The notes beneath the pieces are model-generated. The model had not been told where the DNA came from. It did no database searches and saw nothing but the letters and a program-made list of their open reading frames with translations. Shown in pieces: positions 26,799-36,277 of a DNA stretch of 50,254 nt; the stretch's first letter is position 1; each line of letters opens with the position of its first letter. Position numbers and translations under genes: made by a program. The stretch spans positions 1 to 50,254 of the forward strand of contig JAUYMC010000128.1 in NCBI GenBank assembly GCA_030699545.1. The letters are read 5' to 3'. This DNA comes from Gemmatimonadales bacterium (GTDB taxonomy: Bacteria > Gemmatimonadota > Gemmatimonadetes > Gemmatimonadales > GWC2-71-9).

Positions 26799-27530
26799 AT
26801 GCCGCCGACCTACCGCGTGCTGGTCGTGGACGACGAGCCCGACATCACCGCGCTCGTCGCCTATCATCTGGCCAAAGAGGGGTACCGGGTCTCGACCGCC
26901 GCCACCGGGACGGAAGCGCTGCGCGCGGCGCGCGAAGAGCGGCCCGACCTCGTCGTGCTCGATCTCATGTTGCCGGGCCACTCGGGGTACGACGTGCTCG
27001 CCGAGCTGCGGCGCCGCGATGAAACGCGCGAGGTCGGGGTGCTGTTGCTGACGGCGCGCAAGGAAGAGGCGGACCGCATCAAGGGGCTCACGCTCGGGGC
27101 CGACGACTACCTGGCGAAGCCGTTTTCCCCCCGCGAGCTGGTGCTGCGGGTCGGCGCCGTCCTGCGGCGGCTCGCCGCACCGCCCGTCGCCAGTGGGGGC
27201 CGCCTCACCGCGGGACCGTTGATCCTCGACCGCACCGCGCATCGCGTGACGGTCGACGGCGGCGAGATCGACCTCACCGCGACCGAGTTCAATCTGCTGG
27301 AGCGGCTGATCGAGCGCCGCGACCGCGTGCAGACCCGCATGCAGCTGCTCGAATCGGTCTGGCAGGCACAACCCGACATCCAGACTCGGACGGTGGACAT
27401 GCACGTGCAGCGGCTGCGGGCCAAACTCGGCGCCGCCGGTGCATGGATCGAGACGATCCGCGCGGTCGGCTACCGGTTCCGTGAGCCGCCCGCGCCAAAG
27501 GCGTCCTCTCACCGCCGCAAGCGCTCATGA
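26799..27530 (+). CDS. phoB: OmpR/PhoB-family response regulator (phosphate regulon)
   Basis: The receiver shows VLVVDDEPDI, DLVVLDLMLPG and LTARKEEADRIKGLTLGADDYLAKPF. A winged-helix C-terminus follows. Its stop overlaps the PhoR start (ATGA), and the gene lies in pst context. Confidence 0.85.
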   Translation: MPPTYRVLVVDDEPDITALVAYHLAKEGYRVSTAATGTEALRAAREERPDLVVLDLMLPGHSGYDVLAELRRRDETREVGVLLLTARKEEADRIKGLTLGADDYLAKPFSPRELVLRVGAVLRRLAAPPVASGGRLTAGPLILDRTAHRVTVDGGEIDLTATEFNLLERLIERRDRVQTRMQLLESVWQAQPDIQTRTVDMHVQRLRAKLGAAGAWIETIRAVGYRFREPPAPKASSHRRKRS

Positions 27531-29257
27531 GCATGGCGACGCGGCTGTTCGCGAGCGTCAGCCTGCTCGTGGCGGCCGCGGTGATCGGATCGATCATCGC
27601 CGCGGATCTCGTCCTGCGGCGTCAGCTCGAGGCCGGGTTCGCGGCCGAGCTGGAGCGGGAGGCGCGGCTCGTGGCCGCCGTCGTGCCGGCCGACTCCGCC
27701 GCCTGGCCGGATTTTGCCCGGCACACCGGCAGCCGGCTCGGGCGGCGCGTCACCCTGATCGATGCGAGCGGGCGCGTCCGCGGCGACTCCGAGTTCGACC
27801 GCGCGGCGCTCGCGCGCCTCGAAAACCACGGCCGGCGCGCGGAAATCCGCATGGCGCTCGACGGGGGCGTGGGCACCGACGCACGCCTCAGCGCCTCCAC
27901 CAATGAGCGCCAACTATACGTCGCCGTCCGGATCGACGGTGGGCCGCGTGGCCTCGCCGTCAGTCGCGTCGCGACGTCCCTTGGCGCAGTAAACGCGGCC
28001 GTCCATGGCGTGCAGCGCGCCGTCGCCGTCGTGGGGTTGCTCCTCTTGCTTGCGGCGGGACTGCTTGCCTGGATCCTGTCCCGTGCTCTGGCCCGTCCGC
28101 TCGTCGCGATCGCGGGCGCGGCACGCGAGATTGCGGCCGGCCGTCCCGCGACGTTCCCCGACGTCCGGGTCCCCGAACTGGCCCACCACGTGGACACGCT
28201 CCGCGGCATGCAGCGGGAGCTGGAGACGCGATTCGCGTCGCTCAGCCGCGAGCGGGAGGAGTCCCGCATACTGCTCGAGGCGCTCTCGGACGGCGTCGTC
28301 GCCGCGGATGATCGGGGCGCCATCGTCTCCTGCAACGCGTCGGCACGGCGGCTGCTGGGCTACCGTCTTGAGGAGGCGCTGCCGCCGCTGGCGGCACTGT
28401 TTCACGATCGCCCGCACCGCGCCCTGATCGCCGAGCTGCTGGCGGGTGAGACCATCGAGGGGCATGAGCTGCAGCTCGGCGAGCGCACGGTGCTCGCGTC
28501 GGGACGGCCGCTCGAGGACGGCGGGAGGTTGCTCGTGCTCAACGACGTCACCGACCTGCGCCGGCTCGAGGCGGTGCGCCGCGATTTTGTCGCCAACGTT
28601 TCGCACGAGCTGAAGACGCCGCTGACCGCCATCACCGGATACGCGGAAACGTTGGCGGCCGAAGCGGCGCCCGGCACGCAGGCGGCGGGATTCGCCGACA
28701 CGATCGTCACGCATGCGCGGCGCATGCAGCGCCTCGTGGATGATCTCCTGGATCTGTCCCGCATCGAGTCGGGAAGCTGGCGGCCCGTGACGGAGGAGGT
28801 GCCGCTCGAGACGGCCGCGCAGGACGCGTGGCGTCCGATGGCGGACCGGGCGGCCACCGCCGCTGTGCGGTTGGACGTCGCGATCGCCGCCGATGTCCGG
28901 ACGCTCGAGGCCGACCCCGAGGCGGTGCGCCAGATCCTGACGAATCTCTTCGACAACGCGCTGCGCCACACGCCAGGCGGGGGGACGATCCGGCTCGAGG
29001 CCCGCCGGGCGCGGGGTCGAGCCGCAGGCGTCGAGCTGATCGTGGCCGATAGCGGGAGCGGGATCCCCGCCGAGCACCTGCCGCGCATCTTCGAGCGATT
29101 CTATCGCGTGGACGCCGGCCGGGCTCGGCACCAGGGTGGCACCGGACTCGGCCTGGCGATCGTCAAGCATCTGGTGGAGGCGCATGGCGGCCGAGTCGTC
29201 GCGGAGAGCGCCGTCGGGCGCGGCACGACGATCCGGATACACTTTCCGGACGCCTAG
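27527..29257 (+). CDS. phoR: PhoR-like sensor histidine kinase with ~135-aa extracytoplasmic loop
   Basis: Two TM segments (LFASVSLLVAAAVIGSIIAADLVL and VAVVGLLLLLAAGLLAWILS) bracket a loop. These are followed by a HAMP-like region, a PAS-like region, the HisKA motif VSHELKTPLTAITGYAETL, and HATPase motifs DSGSGIP and GGTGLGLAIVKH. Confidence 0.8.
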   Translation: MSMATRLFASVSLLVAAAVIGSIIAADLVLRRQLEAGFAAELEREARLVAAVVPADSAAWPDFARHTGSRLGRRVTLIDASGRVRGDSEFDRAALARLENHGRRAEIRMALDGGVGTDARLSASTNERQLYVAVRIDGGPRGLAVSRVATSLGAVNAAVHGVQRAVAVVGLLLLLAAGLLAWILSRALARPLVAIAGAAREIAAGRPATFPDVRVPELAHHVDTLRGMQRELETRFASLSREREESRILLEALSDGVVAADDRGAIVSCNASARRLLGYRLEEALPPLAALFHDRPHRALIAELLAGETIEGHELQLGERTVLASGRPLEDGGRLLVLNDVTDLRRLEAVRRDFVANVSHELKTPLTAITGYAETLAAEAAPGTQAAGFADTIVTHARRMQRLVDDLLDLSRIESGSWRPVTEEVPLETAAQDAWRPMADRAATAAVRLDVAIAADVRTLEADPEAVRQILTNLFDNALRHTPGGGTIRLEARRARGRAAGVELIVADSGSGIPAEHLPRIFERFYRVDAGRARHQGGTGLGLAIVKHLVEAHGGRVVAESAVGRGTTIRIHFPDA

Positions 29258-29292
29258 GCACTGGCGGCGCCTGGGTCACGATACCCGCCTTC

Positions 29293-29332
29293 GTTACGTG
29301 GTCGTCACATCGGCGTCACCGGCGGTTGACGG
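29293..29332. promoter_or_regulatory. Candidate Pho box: four GT(T/C)AC-type half-sites at 11-bp phasing
   Basis: GTTACGT at 29293, GTCACAT at 29304, GTCACCG at 29315 and a weaker TTGACGG at 29326, each exactly 11 bp apart. They lie between the phoR stop (29257) and the GTG start at 29353. Confidence 0.4.
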
Positions 29333-29352
29333 CCCGGCCGCATCCTTGGGCC

Positions 29353-30480
29353 GTGCGTATCGCGCTCGTGACAGACACCTACACGCCGCAAGTCAACGGC
29401 GTGACGACGGTTACGGACCGCATCGTACGCGTGCTGCGCGCCGACGGCCACGCCGTGGCGATCGTGGCGCCTCGCTACCCCGCAGGACCCGACGCCCGGC
29501 CTGGGGAGTTGCGCATTGCCTCCGCCCCGTTCCCGCCCTACCCGGAGGTCCGCCTGTCGCTGCCGCGGTTCGGGGCGGTCGCCGCGTTTCTCGACGAGTT
29601 TCGTCCTGACCTGATCCACGTGGCGACCGAGGGCCCGATCGGCCTGACCGGTCGGCGCTACGCGGTGCGGCGCCAACTGCCGCTCGTGACATCGTACCAC
29701 ACGAATTTCCCGCAGTACGCCCGGCATTACGGGGCGCGACTGCTGGAGCCGTTGGTGTGGCGCTGGCTCCGCTGGTTTCACGGCCCGGCCCGCCTCACGC
29801 AGACCCCCGGGACGGCGGTCGCCGAGGACCTGACGCGGCGTCGCATCGGGCGGCCGCAGGTGTGGGGCCGAGGCGTGGACATCCGCCACTTCGATCCGGC
29901 GCGGTGGTCCGCGGGATGGCGCCGCTGGCTCGGCGGCGCAGACGATACGGCCATCGTCCTGCATGTCGGGCGTCTCGCGCCCGAGAAGAACCTCGACGTG
30001 CTCGGCGCCGCCTGGACAGCCGCAAAGGCGCGACTCGGACAGCGGGCGACATTCGTCCTGGCGGGCGAGGGGCCAGGCGCCGCGCGACTGCTCACGCGTT
30101 TGCCGTGGGTGCGCCACCTCGGCTTCCTCGATCGGGATCGGCTGGCGGACCTCTACGCGAGCGCCGATCTCTGCATGCTACCCTCCGAAACCGAGACGTG
30201 CGGCCTGGTGGCGCTCGAGGCGATGGCCTCCGGTCTCGCGGTCATCGCCGCCGATGCCGGCGGATTTCGCGAGAGCATCGTGCATGGCGACAGCGGCTGG
30301 CTGGTATCGCCGCGGGATGCCGAAGGCTTCGCGGCAGCGATCATGGCGCTCGTGGCGGCGCCCGCGCGGCGCGCCCAGCTCGGCGCCGCCGCGCGCGTGG
30401 CCGCGTTGGAGCGCGACGTCGCGATCGAGGACCTCGCGCTGATCGAGCAATACGAAGCGGCGGCTCTCTGCGCCGCGTGA
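29353..30480 (+). CDS. GT4-family (GT-B) glycosyltransferase
   Basis: VRIALVTDTYTPQVNGVTTV is an N-terminus typical of GT4 lipid and sugar glycosyltransferases. The C-terminal motif is PSETETCGLVALEAMASGLAVIAADAGG. The GTG at 29353 is preferred over TTG 29326, which lies inside the repeat array. Confidence 0.85.
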   Translation: MRIALVTDTYTPQVNGVTTVTDRIVRVLRADGHAVAIVAPRYPAGPDARPGELRIASAPFPPYPEVRLSLPRFGAVAAFLDEFRPDLIHVATEGPIGLTGRRYAVRRQLPLVTSYHTNFPQYARHYGARLLEPLVWRWLRWFHGPARLTQTPGTAVAEDLTRRRIGRPQVWGRGVDIRHFDPARWSAGWRRWLGGADDTAIVLHVGRLAPEKNLDVLGAAWTAAKARLGQRATFVLAGEGPGAARLLTRLPWVRHLGFLDRDRLADLYASADLCMLPSETETCGLVALEAMASGLAVIAADAGGFRESIVHGDSGWLVSPRDAEGFAAAIMALVAAPARRAQLGAAARVAALERDVAIEDLALIEQYEAAALCAA

Positions 30481-30482
30481 CG

Positions 30483-31286
30483 ATGGTGCTCGCCGACGGG
30501 CTGCGGCCCGACGCGGTCACACGCACGCACATGCCGTCGCTCGACGCGCTGGCGCGGGCGTATACGCAGGCGCTGCGCGCGACGACGGTGCGGCCCAGCC
30601 GGACGGTTGCCGCTTTGGCGTCACTGGCGACCGGGGTGGCTCCGGCGTCCCACGGCCTCATCGAACCCGGGCTCGGGTTTCTGACGAAGCTCACGCGCCT
30701 GCGTCCGCTGGCGCGCGAGCTGAACCGCGCCGGTCTGCCGAGCCGGATCGTCGCCAGCGATCTGTTGTTCAGCGAGCGCGCGGTGGTGCGGGTACTCGCC
30801 GCCGCCGCGGGCGTCACCGGGGTGACCTCGGCGGGCCGCCGCGCGCGCGAAGTCGCCGGCGCGGCATTGGCGGTCCACCAGACGGACGGCGTCCTGTTCG
30901 TGTACCTCAACGACGCGGATCTCGCGGGGCATCTGCACGGGTGGATGTCGCCGCAGTACCTGGAGGCCGCCGCTGAGCTCGACGCGGCCATCGGGGCGCT
31001 CGCGGTACTGGCGGACGACTCGTTGCTGATCGTTCTGGCCGACCACGGTGGCGGCGGCGTGACCTCGCACGATCACGCGGAGCCGCATCTCGTGAACGAC
31101 CGGATTCCGCTGGTGCTGGCGGGCCCCGACGTGACGCGCCGCCACCAGCTCACCGGCAAGGTCTCACTCCTCGATATTCCGCCGACGCTGCTGTGGTGGT
31201 TCGGTCTCGAGATTCCGGTGGCCTACGAGGGCCGGCCGCTGGCGCAGGCGTTTCGGACGGCGGCGCTGGCCGGGGTGGCGGGATGA
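30483..31286 (+). CDS. Alkaline-phosphatase-superfamily enzyme (type I phosphodiesterase/nucleotide pyrophosphatase-like), no signal peptide
   Basis: The real gene is the C-terminal part of ORF 29757..31286. It shows MVLADGLRPD (metal Asp), VRPSRTVAALASLATGVAPASHG (nucleophile Thr context) and VLADHGG. The start lies within 6 nt of the GT4 stop (GTGA/ATG). Confidence 0.75.
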   Translation: MVLADGLRPDAVTRTHMPSLDALARAYTQALRATTVRPSRTVAALASLATGVAPASHGLIEPGLGFLTKLTRLRPLARELNRAGLPSRIVASDLLFSERAVVRVLAAAAGVTGVTSAGRRAREVAGAALAVHQTDGVLFVYLNDADLAGHLHGWMSPQYLEAAAELDAAIGALAVLADDSLLIVLADHGGGGVTSHDHAEPHLVNDRIPLVLAGPDVTRRHQLTGKVSLLDIPPTLLWWFGLEIPVAYEGRPLAQAFRTAALAGVAG

Positions 31287-31711
31287 TGCGCTGGGTCACG
31301 CATTTGGGCGGCGCGCGCGTTACGATCGGGCTCGGGCTCGTCCTGATGGCGGCGGGTGCAGTCCGCCTGGGACTCGCCGCGCTCATCGCGAACCTCGCGT
31401 CGCATCTGGCGGTGCAGGTGCTGAAGCGGACGGTGCGCCGGCCGCGTCCCTGCGACGCCAACGGGCGGGCGCTGGCGCTGGTGGACCTGCCCGATCCGTT
31501 CTCGTTCCCCTCGGGGCACGCCGCGGCGAGCACCGCCGTGCTCGGCACCATCTGTATGCACGAGCCGCTGCTCGCGCCGGTCCTGCTTCCGATCGCGGCC
31601 GTCGTGGGCGCGTCGCGGGTGTTGCTGCGCGTCCACTACGTCGGCGACGTTCTCGCCGGCGCCCTCCTGGGCCTCGCCGGCGCAATCTCCACCGCCGTCC
31701 TCGTTCTCTAA
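31283..31711 (+). CDS. PAP2-family membrane phosphatase
   Basis: MMRWVTHLGG start, with ATGATG overlapping the upstream TGA. The PAP2 motifs are KRTVRRPRP, PSGH and SRVLLRVHYVGD. Confidence 0.85.
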   Translation: MMRWVTHLGGARVTIGLGLVLMAAGAVRLGLAALIANLASHLAVQVLKRTVRRPRPCDANGRALALVDLPDPFSFPSGHAAASTAVLGTICMHEPLLAPVLLPIAAVVGASRVLLRVHYVGDVLAGALLGLAGAISTAVLVL

Positions 31712-31723
31712 GCCGCCACAACT

Positions 31724-31763
31724 GTTACCAGCGTTCGCCATGCGCGTGACGAGATTGTGACAC
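31724..31763. promoter_or_regulatory. Candidate Pho box: GTTACCA / GTGACGA / GTGACAC in 11-bp register
   Basis: GTTACCA at 31724, GTGACGA at 31746 and GTGACAC at 31757. The register slot at 31735 is degenerate. The last repeat ends 43 nt upstream of the TonB-receptor ATG at 31806. Confidence 0.45.
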
Positions 31764-31805
31764 GCGCCGGCGAGACTCCGGTTGTCCCTAACCGTGCAAG
31801 AGACT

Positions 31806-34565
31806 ATGCCTCGCTTCGTGCAAGCTGTGCCGCTGGTGTCCCTCGTTCTCGCGCTCCTGCCGTTTCACCTTTCCGCTCAGCAAGGCACCGGCCGTATCGT
31901 CGGCCGCGCCCTCGACGCGTCGAGCGGGCAGCCGATTCCCAGCGCGCAGGTCACCGTCGAAGGGACGGCGATCACCGCGCTGACGGATTGGTCGGGCCGC
32001 TACACGCTGGACGGCGTCCCCGCCGGCATCTGGACCGTGAGTGCCCGGACGATCGGCTACGCGCCGAAGACGGTCACCGAGGTCCTGGTCCCGGAAGGCG
32101 GTGCGGTGGGTCTCGATATCACTCTCACTGCGGCCGCGATTCAGGTGACGGCGGTGGAAGTCACGGCGCAGGAGGAGCGGGGCTCGGTCGCGCGGGCCCT
32201 GAACGAGCAGCGCAATGCCAGCGGGATCATCAACGCCGTCAGCGCCGAGCAGATCCGGCGCAGCCCAGACTCCGATGCCGGGCAGGTTATGCAGCGCGTC
32301 AGCGGAGTCACCGTGCAGGACGGCAAGTATGTGTTCGTGCGCGGCCTGGGCGAGCGCTACACGACGACATCGCTCAACAGCGCCCGGTTGCCGAGTCCGG
32401 AACCGGACCGCAAGGTCGTGCCGCTGGATTTGTTTCCGGCGGGACTGCTGCAGTCGATCGTGACGTCCAAGACGTTCACCCCGGACCAGCCCGGTGACTT
32501 CTCGGGCGCGCAGGTGGACCTCCGCACGCGCGAGTTCCCGGTCGATCGGATGTTTGTGGTCTCGTTGGCCACGGGCTTCAACGGAGCCGCGCTCGCTCAA
32601 GACGTGGTCGCGGCCCCGCGCGTCGGCACGGAATGGCTCGGGTTCGCCGGAGCAGAGCGTGACATCCCCGCCCTCGCCGAGGCGGCCGGCAACCTCAGCG
32701 GACTGAGCCCCAACGAGCTGAACGACGTTGCCGCGTCGTTCCGCAGCGTATGGTCGCCGTGGACCGAGCGCGCCAAGCCCAACGGCTCATTCGGCCTCTC
32801 GCTGGGCGGCGAGGACATCGTGTTGGGACGGCCGCTGGGTTACGTCGCGTCTGCCAGCTACTCGGAAAGCCAGGAGGTCCGGCGCGACGAGCAGCGTGCC
32901 ACGACGAGCAGCTTCGGAGGCGTGGTCGCGCCGCTCGATACCTCCCGCGGCTCCACCGGTGTCCTCGCCATCCAATGGGGCGGGCTGCTCAACCTGACGA
33001 CGCGCCTCGGAGCGACAACCGCGCTGTCGCTCAACAACACGTTCACGCGGACGGCCGAGAACGAGGCCACCCGCCATTTCGCCTACGACGAAGAGTTCAG
33101 CCCGAATTACGGCGTCTTCGACGTCACGCGGCTCACCTTCGTCGAGCGCACGATGCGGTCGAACCAGCTCCGCGGGGATCACCTCCTGGCCGGTCGCCAC
33201 GCGCTCAGCTGGACGGTGACTTCGTCGGGAGTCTCGCGCTACGAACCCGACCGCTCGGACCTGCGCTACGAGACCGACAGTGCCGCCGGTGGGCGGCAGG
33301 CCACCGCGTGGTTCGGGCAGGCGCGGTCAGCGGTCCGCACGTTCAGCGACCTCAACGAGAATGCGCTCGAGGGTGCCGCGTCGCTGCGGCTCGGCTTCGG
33401 CGCACCCAATCGGCAGTGGAGCGTAAAGGTCGGTGGAAGCTATCGCCGGGTGGACCGGACCGCGGATTCGCGCGCCTTCACCCTCCTCAATCACCCGACC
33501 CAGGGCTTGAGCGACGCCGAGCGCCGGCAACCTGCCGAAGCGATCTTCACGGCCGCCTACGCGCGCGACACCGCCTTCCTGCTCTCCGCCGACGCTCAAG
33601 TGGGACGTTACGCAGCGGACGAAGGTTTGGGCGCCGGCTTTGTGCAGTTCGAAGTGCCGCTCACCGAGCGGGTCCGCGTCATCGGGGGAGCCCGCGTCGA
33701 GCGATGGGCCCTCGATCTGGACTACGCGACCGGAGCTGGGGACACGCTCGTGCTGCGCCGCAATACGGATGTGCTGCCAGCGATCTCGGTTCACGTGAAG
33801 CTGTCCAACGACCAGGCGCTGCGCCTGTCGGCGAGTCAGACCCTGGCGCGTCCGGAGTACCGGGAAATCGCCCGCGTGTACTATCGGGACTTCATTGGCG
33901 GGCTCGACGTCTTCGGTGAGCCGAGCCTCGAGCGATCGCTGATCCGGAACTTCGATGCGCGGTGGGAGTGGTATCCCAATCCCGGGGAATTGATCGGCGT
34001 GAGCGTCTTTGGCAAACAGTTCGACCGGCCCATCGAAAAGGTGATTGTCGGCACCACCGGCGGCGACGCGCTGAGCTACACCAATGCAGACGGGGCCTCG
34101 AGCGTCGGCGTGGAGCTCGAAGTACGCAAACATCTACTGACGCTCGCCGCCGCTCTTGCCCCCTTCAGCGTGTTCGCCAACGCCACCGTGATGCGCAGCC
34201 GGATCCAGCCCGGTTCGGCCAACCTCACCAACGCGAATCGGCCCATGGTGGGCCAGGCCGGTTATGTCGTGAACGGCGGCCTGACCTTCACCGAGGCGGG
34301 GGACCGGGTCAGTACCACCCTGCTCTACAACGTGGTCGGCCGCCGCGTCCGGGAAGCCGGCTCGAGCCCACGCCCCGACACCTACGAGGAGGCACGCCAC
34401 ATGATCGACTTCTCGCTCCAGGCGCCGCTCGGCGCGGGGGTCGCGCTCAAGTTCGATGCGAAGAATCTGCTCGACGCCCCGGTCCACGTCACGCAGGGTC
34501 CCGTCACGCGACACCGGTACACCACCGGTCGGGTGTTCTCCCTCGGCGCCACTTGGCAGCCGTGA
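31806..34565 (+). CDS. TonB-dependent receptor with carboxypeptidase-regulatory-like N-terminal domain
   Basis: The signal peptide is MPRFVQAVPLVSLVLALLPFHLSAQQ. The CarboxypepD_reg-like segment is GRIVGRALDASSGQPIPSAQVTVEGTAITALTDWSGRYTLDGVPAGIWTVSARTIGYAPKT. The plug region is VSAEQIRRSPDSDAGQVMQRVSGVTVQDGKYVFVRGLGERYTTT. A long barrel follows. Confidence 0.9.
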   Translation: MPRFVQAVPLVSLVLALLPFHLSAQQGTGRIVGRALDASSGQPIPSAQVTVEGTAITALTDWSGRYTLDGVPAGIWTVSARTIGYAPKTVTEVLVPEGGAVGLDITLTAAAIQVTAVEVTAQEERGSVARALNEQRNASGIINAVSAEQIRRSPDSDAGQVMQRVSGVTVQDGKYVFVRGLGERYTTTSLNSARLPSPEPDRKVVPLDLFPAGLLQSIVTSKTFTPDQPGDFSGAQVDLRTREFPVDRMFVVSLATGFNGAALAQDVVAAPRVGTEWLGFAGAERDIPALAEAAGNLSGLSPNELNDVAASFRSVWSPWTERAKPNGSFGLSLGGEDIVLGRPLGYVASASYSESQEVRRDEQRATTSSFGGVVAPLDTSRGSTGVLAIQWGGLLNLTTRLGATTALSLNNTFTRTAENEATRHFAYDEEFSPNYGVFDVTRLTFVERTMRSNQLRGDHLLAGRHALSWTVTSSGVSRYEPDRSDLRYETDSAAGGRQATAWFGQARSAVRTFSDLNENALEGAASLRLGFGAPNRQWSVKVGGSYRRVDRTADSRAFTLLNHPTQGLSDAERRQPAEAIFTAAYARDTAFLLSADAQVGRYAADEGLGAGFVQFEVPLTERVRVIGGARVERWALDLDYATGAGDTLVLRRNTDVLPAISVHVKLSNDQALRLSASQTLARPEYREIARVYYRDFIGGLDVFGEPSLERSLIRNFDARWEWYPNPGELIGVSVFGKQFDRPIEKVIVGTTGGDALSYTNADGASSVGVELEVRKHLLTLAAALAPFSVFANATVMRSRIQPGSANLTNANRPMVGQAGYVVNGGLTFTEAGDRVSTTLLYNVVGRRVREAGSSPRPDTYEEARHMIDFSLQAPLGAGVALKFDAKNLLDAPVHVTQGPVTRHRYTTGRVFSLGATWQP

Positions 34566-34597
34566 TTGTCGGTCCACTCAGCTTGGAGACAAGAGCC

Positions 34598-36277
34598 ATG
34601 TCCCTCACGTCCCGTTTTTGGAGGTCTTCCGTCACCGCCTTTGGGTTCGCGGCCGCGCTCGGCGCCTGCGGCGACGACGGCACCGGCCCGCAGCCCGTGC
34701 CCACCCCCACCGGTCTCGCGGTGCAGCAGACCTCGCTCACGTCGGCGAATGTGTCGTGGAGCGCGGTGACCGGCGCCACGAGCTACGTGTTGCAGCGCGC
34801 CGACGCGAACAACCCCGGTGTGTTCGCCGCCATTGGTGGCGCACTCACCGTGACGCAGTACGACGACAACGGCCTCACCGAGGGCCTGGCGTACAGCTAC
34901 CGCGTGGCCGCCGTGCGTGCCGGTGACTCCAGCGCATTCTCGACCACGGTGAACTTCACTTCGGGCCTCAAGGCGGCCACGATCAATGCGAACATCACCA
35001 CGAACCGTACGCTCTACGCGGACACCGTCTACACGCTGAGCGGCTATATCAAGGTGGCGAACGGCGCGACCCTGACCATCGAGGCGGGGACCAGGATTCT
35101 CGGTGATACGGTCGAGCTCGGCAGTTCGCTGTGGGTCCTGCGCGGCGCCCGGATCGAGGCGAATGGCACCGCCACCGACCCGATCGTGTTCACCTCGGCC
35201 CGCGCGCCGGGCAACCGCAAGCCGGGCGACTGGGGCGGCCTGATCATCATCGGCAACGGCATCATCAACCGCACCGGCACCGACATCCGCACCGAGGGTC
35301 CGGCCGAAACGTCCGAGAACTACGCGGGCGGCGACGACAACACCGACAACAGCGGCACGCTGCGCTACGTGCGCATCGAGTTCGCGGGCTACGACGTGTC
35401 GGGGGGCGCCGGCCAGGAGCTCAACGCCCTGTCCAGCTACGCCGTCGGCGGCGGCACCACCTACGAGTACATCCAGGCGATGGCCGGGCTCGACGACTCG
35501 TTCGAGTACTGGGGCGGGGCCGTGGACGGCCGCTACCTCGTGTCCTATGAATCCGGCGACGATCACTACGACGCCAGCGAGGGCTACGTGGGCCGCAACC
35601 AGTTCCTCATCGCACTCCAGCTCCAACGCCTCGTGCCCGCGTCCGGCGCCGGTACCGTCTCGTCCGACCCGCGTGGCTTTGAAATCGACGGCTGCGATCC
35701 AGGCGTCACGGGCTGCACGCTGTCCCCGACTGGAGCCAGCGAGCCATATACCAACGGCACCTTCGCCAACTTCACCGTGATCGGGCCCGGCGACCTCGCG
35801 GGGTTCCCGGCCGACGGGAACGGCGCCGTCATCCGGCGGGGCGCGGGCGGGTTCTGGGCCAACGGCATCCTGGCAGCCTGGAAAGGCACCGCGATCAACG
35901 TGCGCGACGCCTGGACCGACTCGCTGCTCCAGCAGTACGACTCCCTCAATATCCAGGGCGTCCTGCTTGCGCAGAACGGCGCGAATTACGACACGACGTC
36001 GAACTTCGGACAGGCCTCCAAGTTCGCCGGCGACGGCCATGTGACGTATGCGAGCGATGTGCTGGTGGACACGTTGCTGGGCATCAACATCGATCCGGCC
36101 GGGCTCGACTGGACGCCGAAGGCGGGCGCGCCGAGTAACAGCGGCGGCGTCACCGCGCCGGCGGCGCGCGTGGCCGGCTTCTTCGGCGGCACCTGGGTGA
36201 ATACGACGTACCTCGGTGCGGCCGACCCGGCCGGCGCCAAGTGGTGGCTGGGATGGACCGCCTACACCGACAACTGA
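34598..36277 (+). CDS. Lipoprotein with FN3-like domain and large Gly/Asp-rich (possibly beta-helix-like) domain of unknown function
   Basis: The real start is ATG 34598 within ORF 33962..36277, giving MSLTSRFWRSSVTAFGFAAALGAC (lipobox). The FN3-like segment is PTGLAVQQTSLTSANVSWSAVTGATSYVLQRAD...LAYSYRVAAV. Later motifs are GATLTIEAGTRILGD, GDWGGLIIIGNG, DNSGTLRYVRIEFAG and DDSFEYWGG. Confidence 0.8.
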   Translation: MSLTSRFWRSSVTAFGFAAALGACGDDGTGPQPVPTPTGLAVQQTSLTSANVSWSAVTGATSYVLQRADANNPGVFAAIGGALTVTQYDDNGLTEGLAYSYRVAAVRAGDSSAFSTTVNFTSGLKAATINANITTNRTLYADTVYTLSGYIKVANGATLTIEAGTRILGDTVELGSSLWVLRGARIEANGTATDPIVFTSARAPGNRKPGDWGGLIIIGNGIINRTGTDIRTEGPAETSENYAGGDDNTDNSGTLRYVRIEFAGYDVSGGAGQELNALSSYAVGGGTTYEYIQAMAGLDDSFEYWGGAVDGRYLVSYESGDDHYDASEGYVGRNQFLIALQLQRLVPASGAGTVSSDPRGFEIDGCDPGVTGCTLSPTGASEPYTNGTFANFTVIGPGDLAGFPADGNGAVIRRGAGGFWANGILAAWKGTAINVRDAWTDSLLQQYDSLNIQGVLLAQNGANYDTTSNFGQASKFAGDGHVTYASDVLVDTLLGINIDPAGLDWTPKAGAPSNSGGVTAPAARVAGFFGGTWVNTTYLGAADPAGAKWWLGWTAYTDN

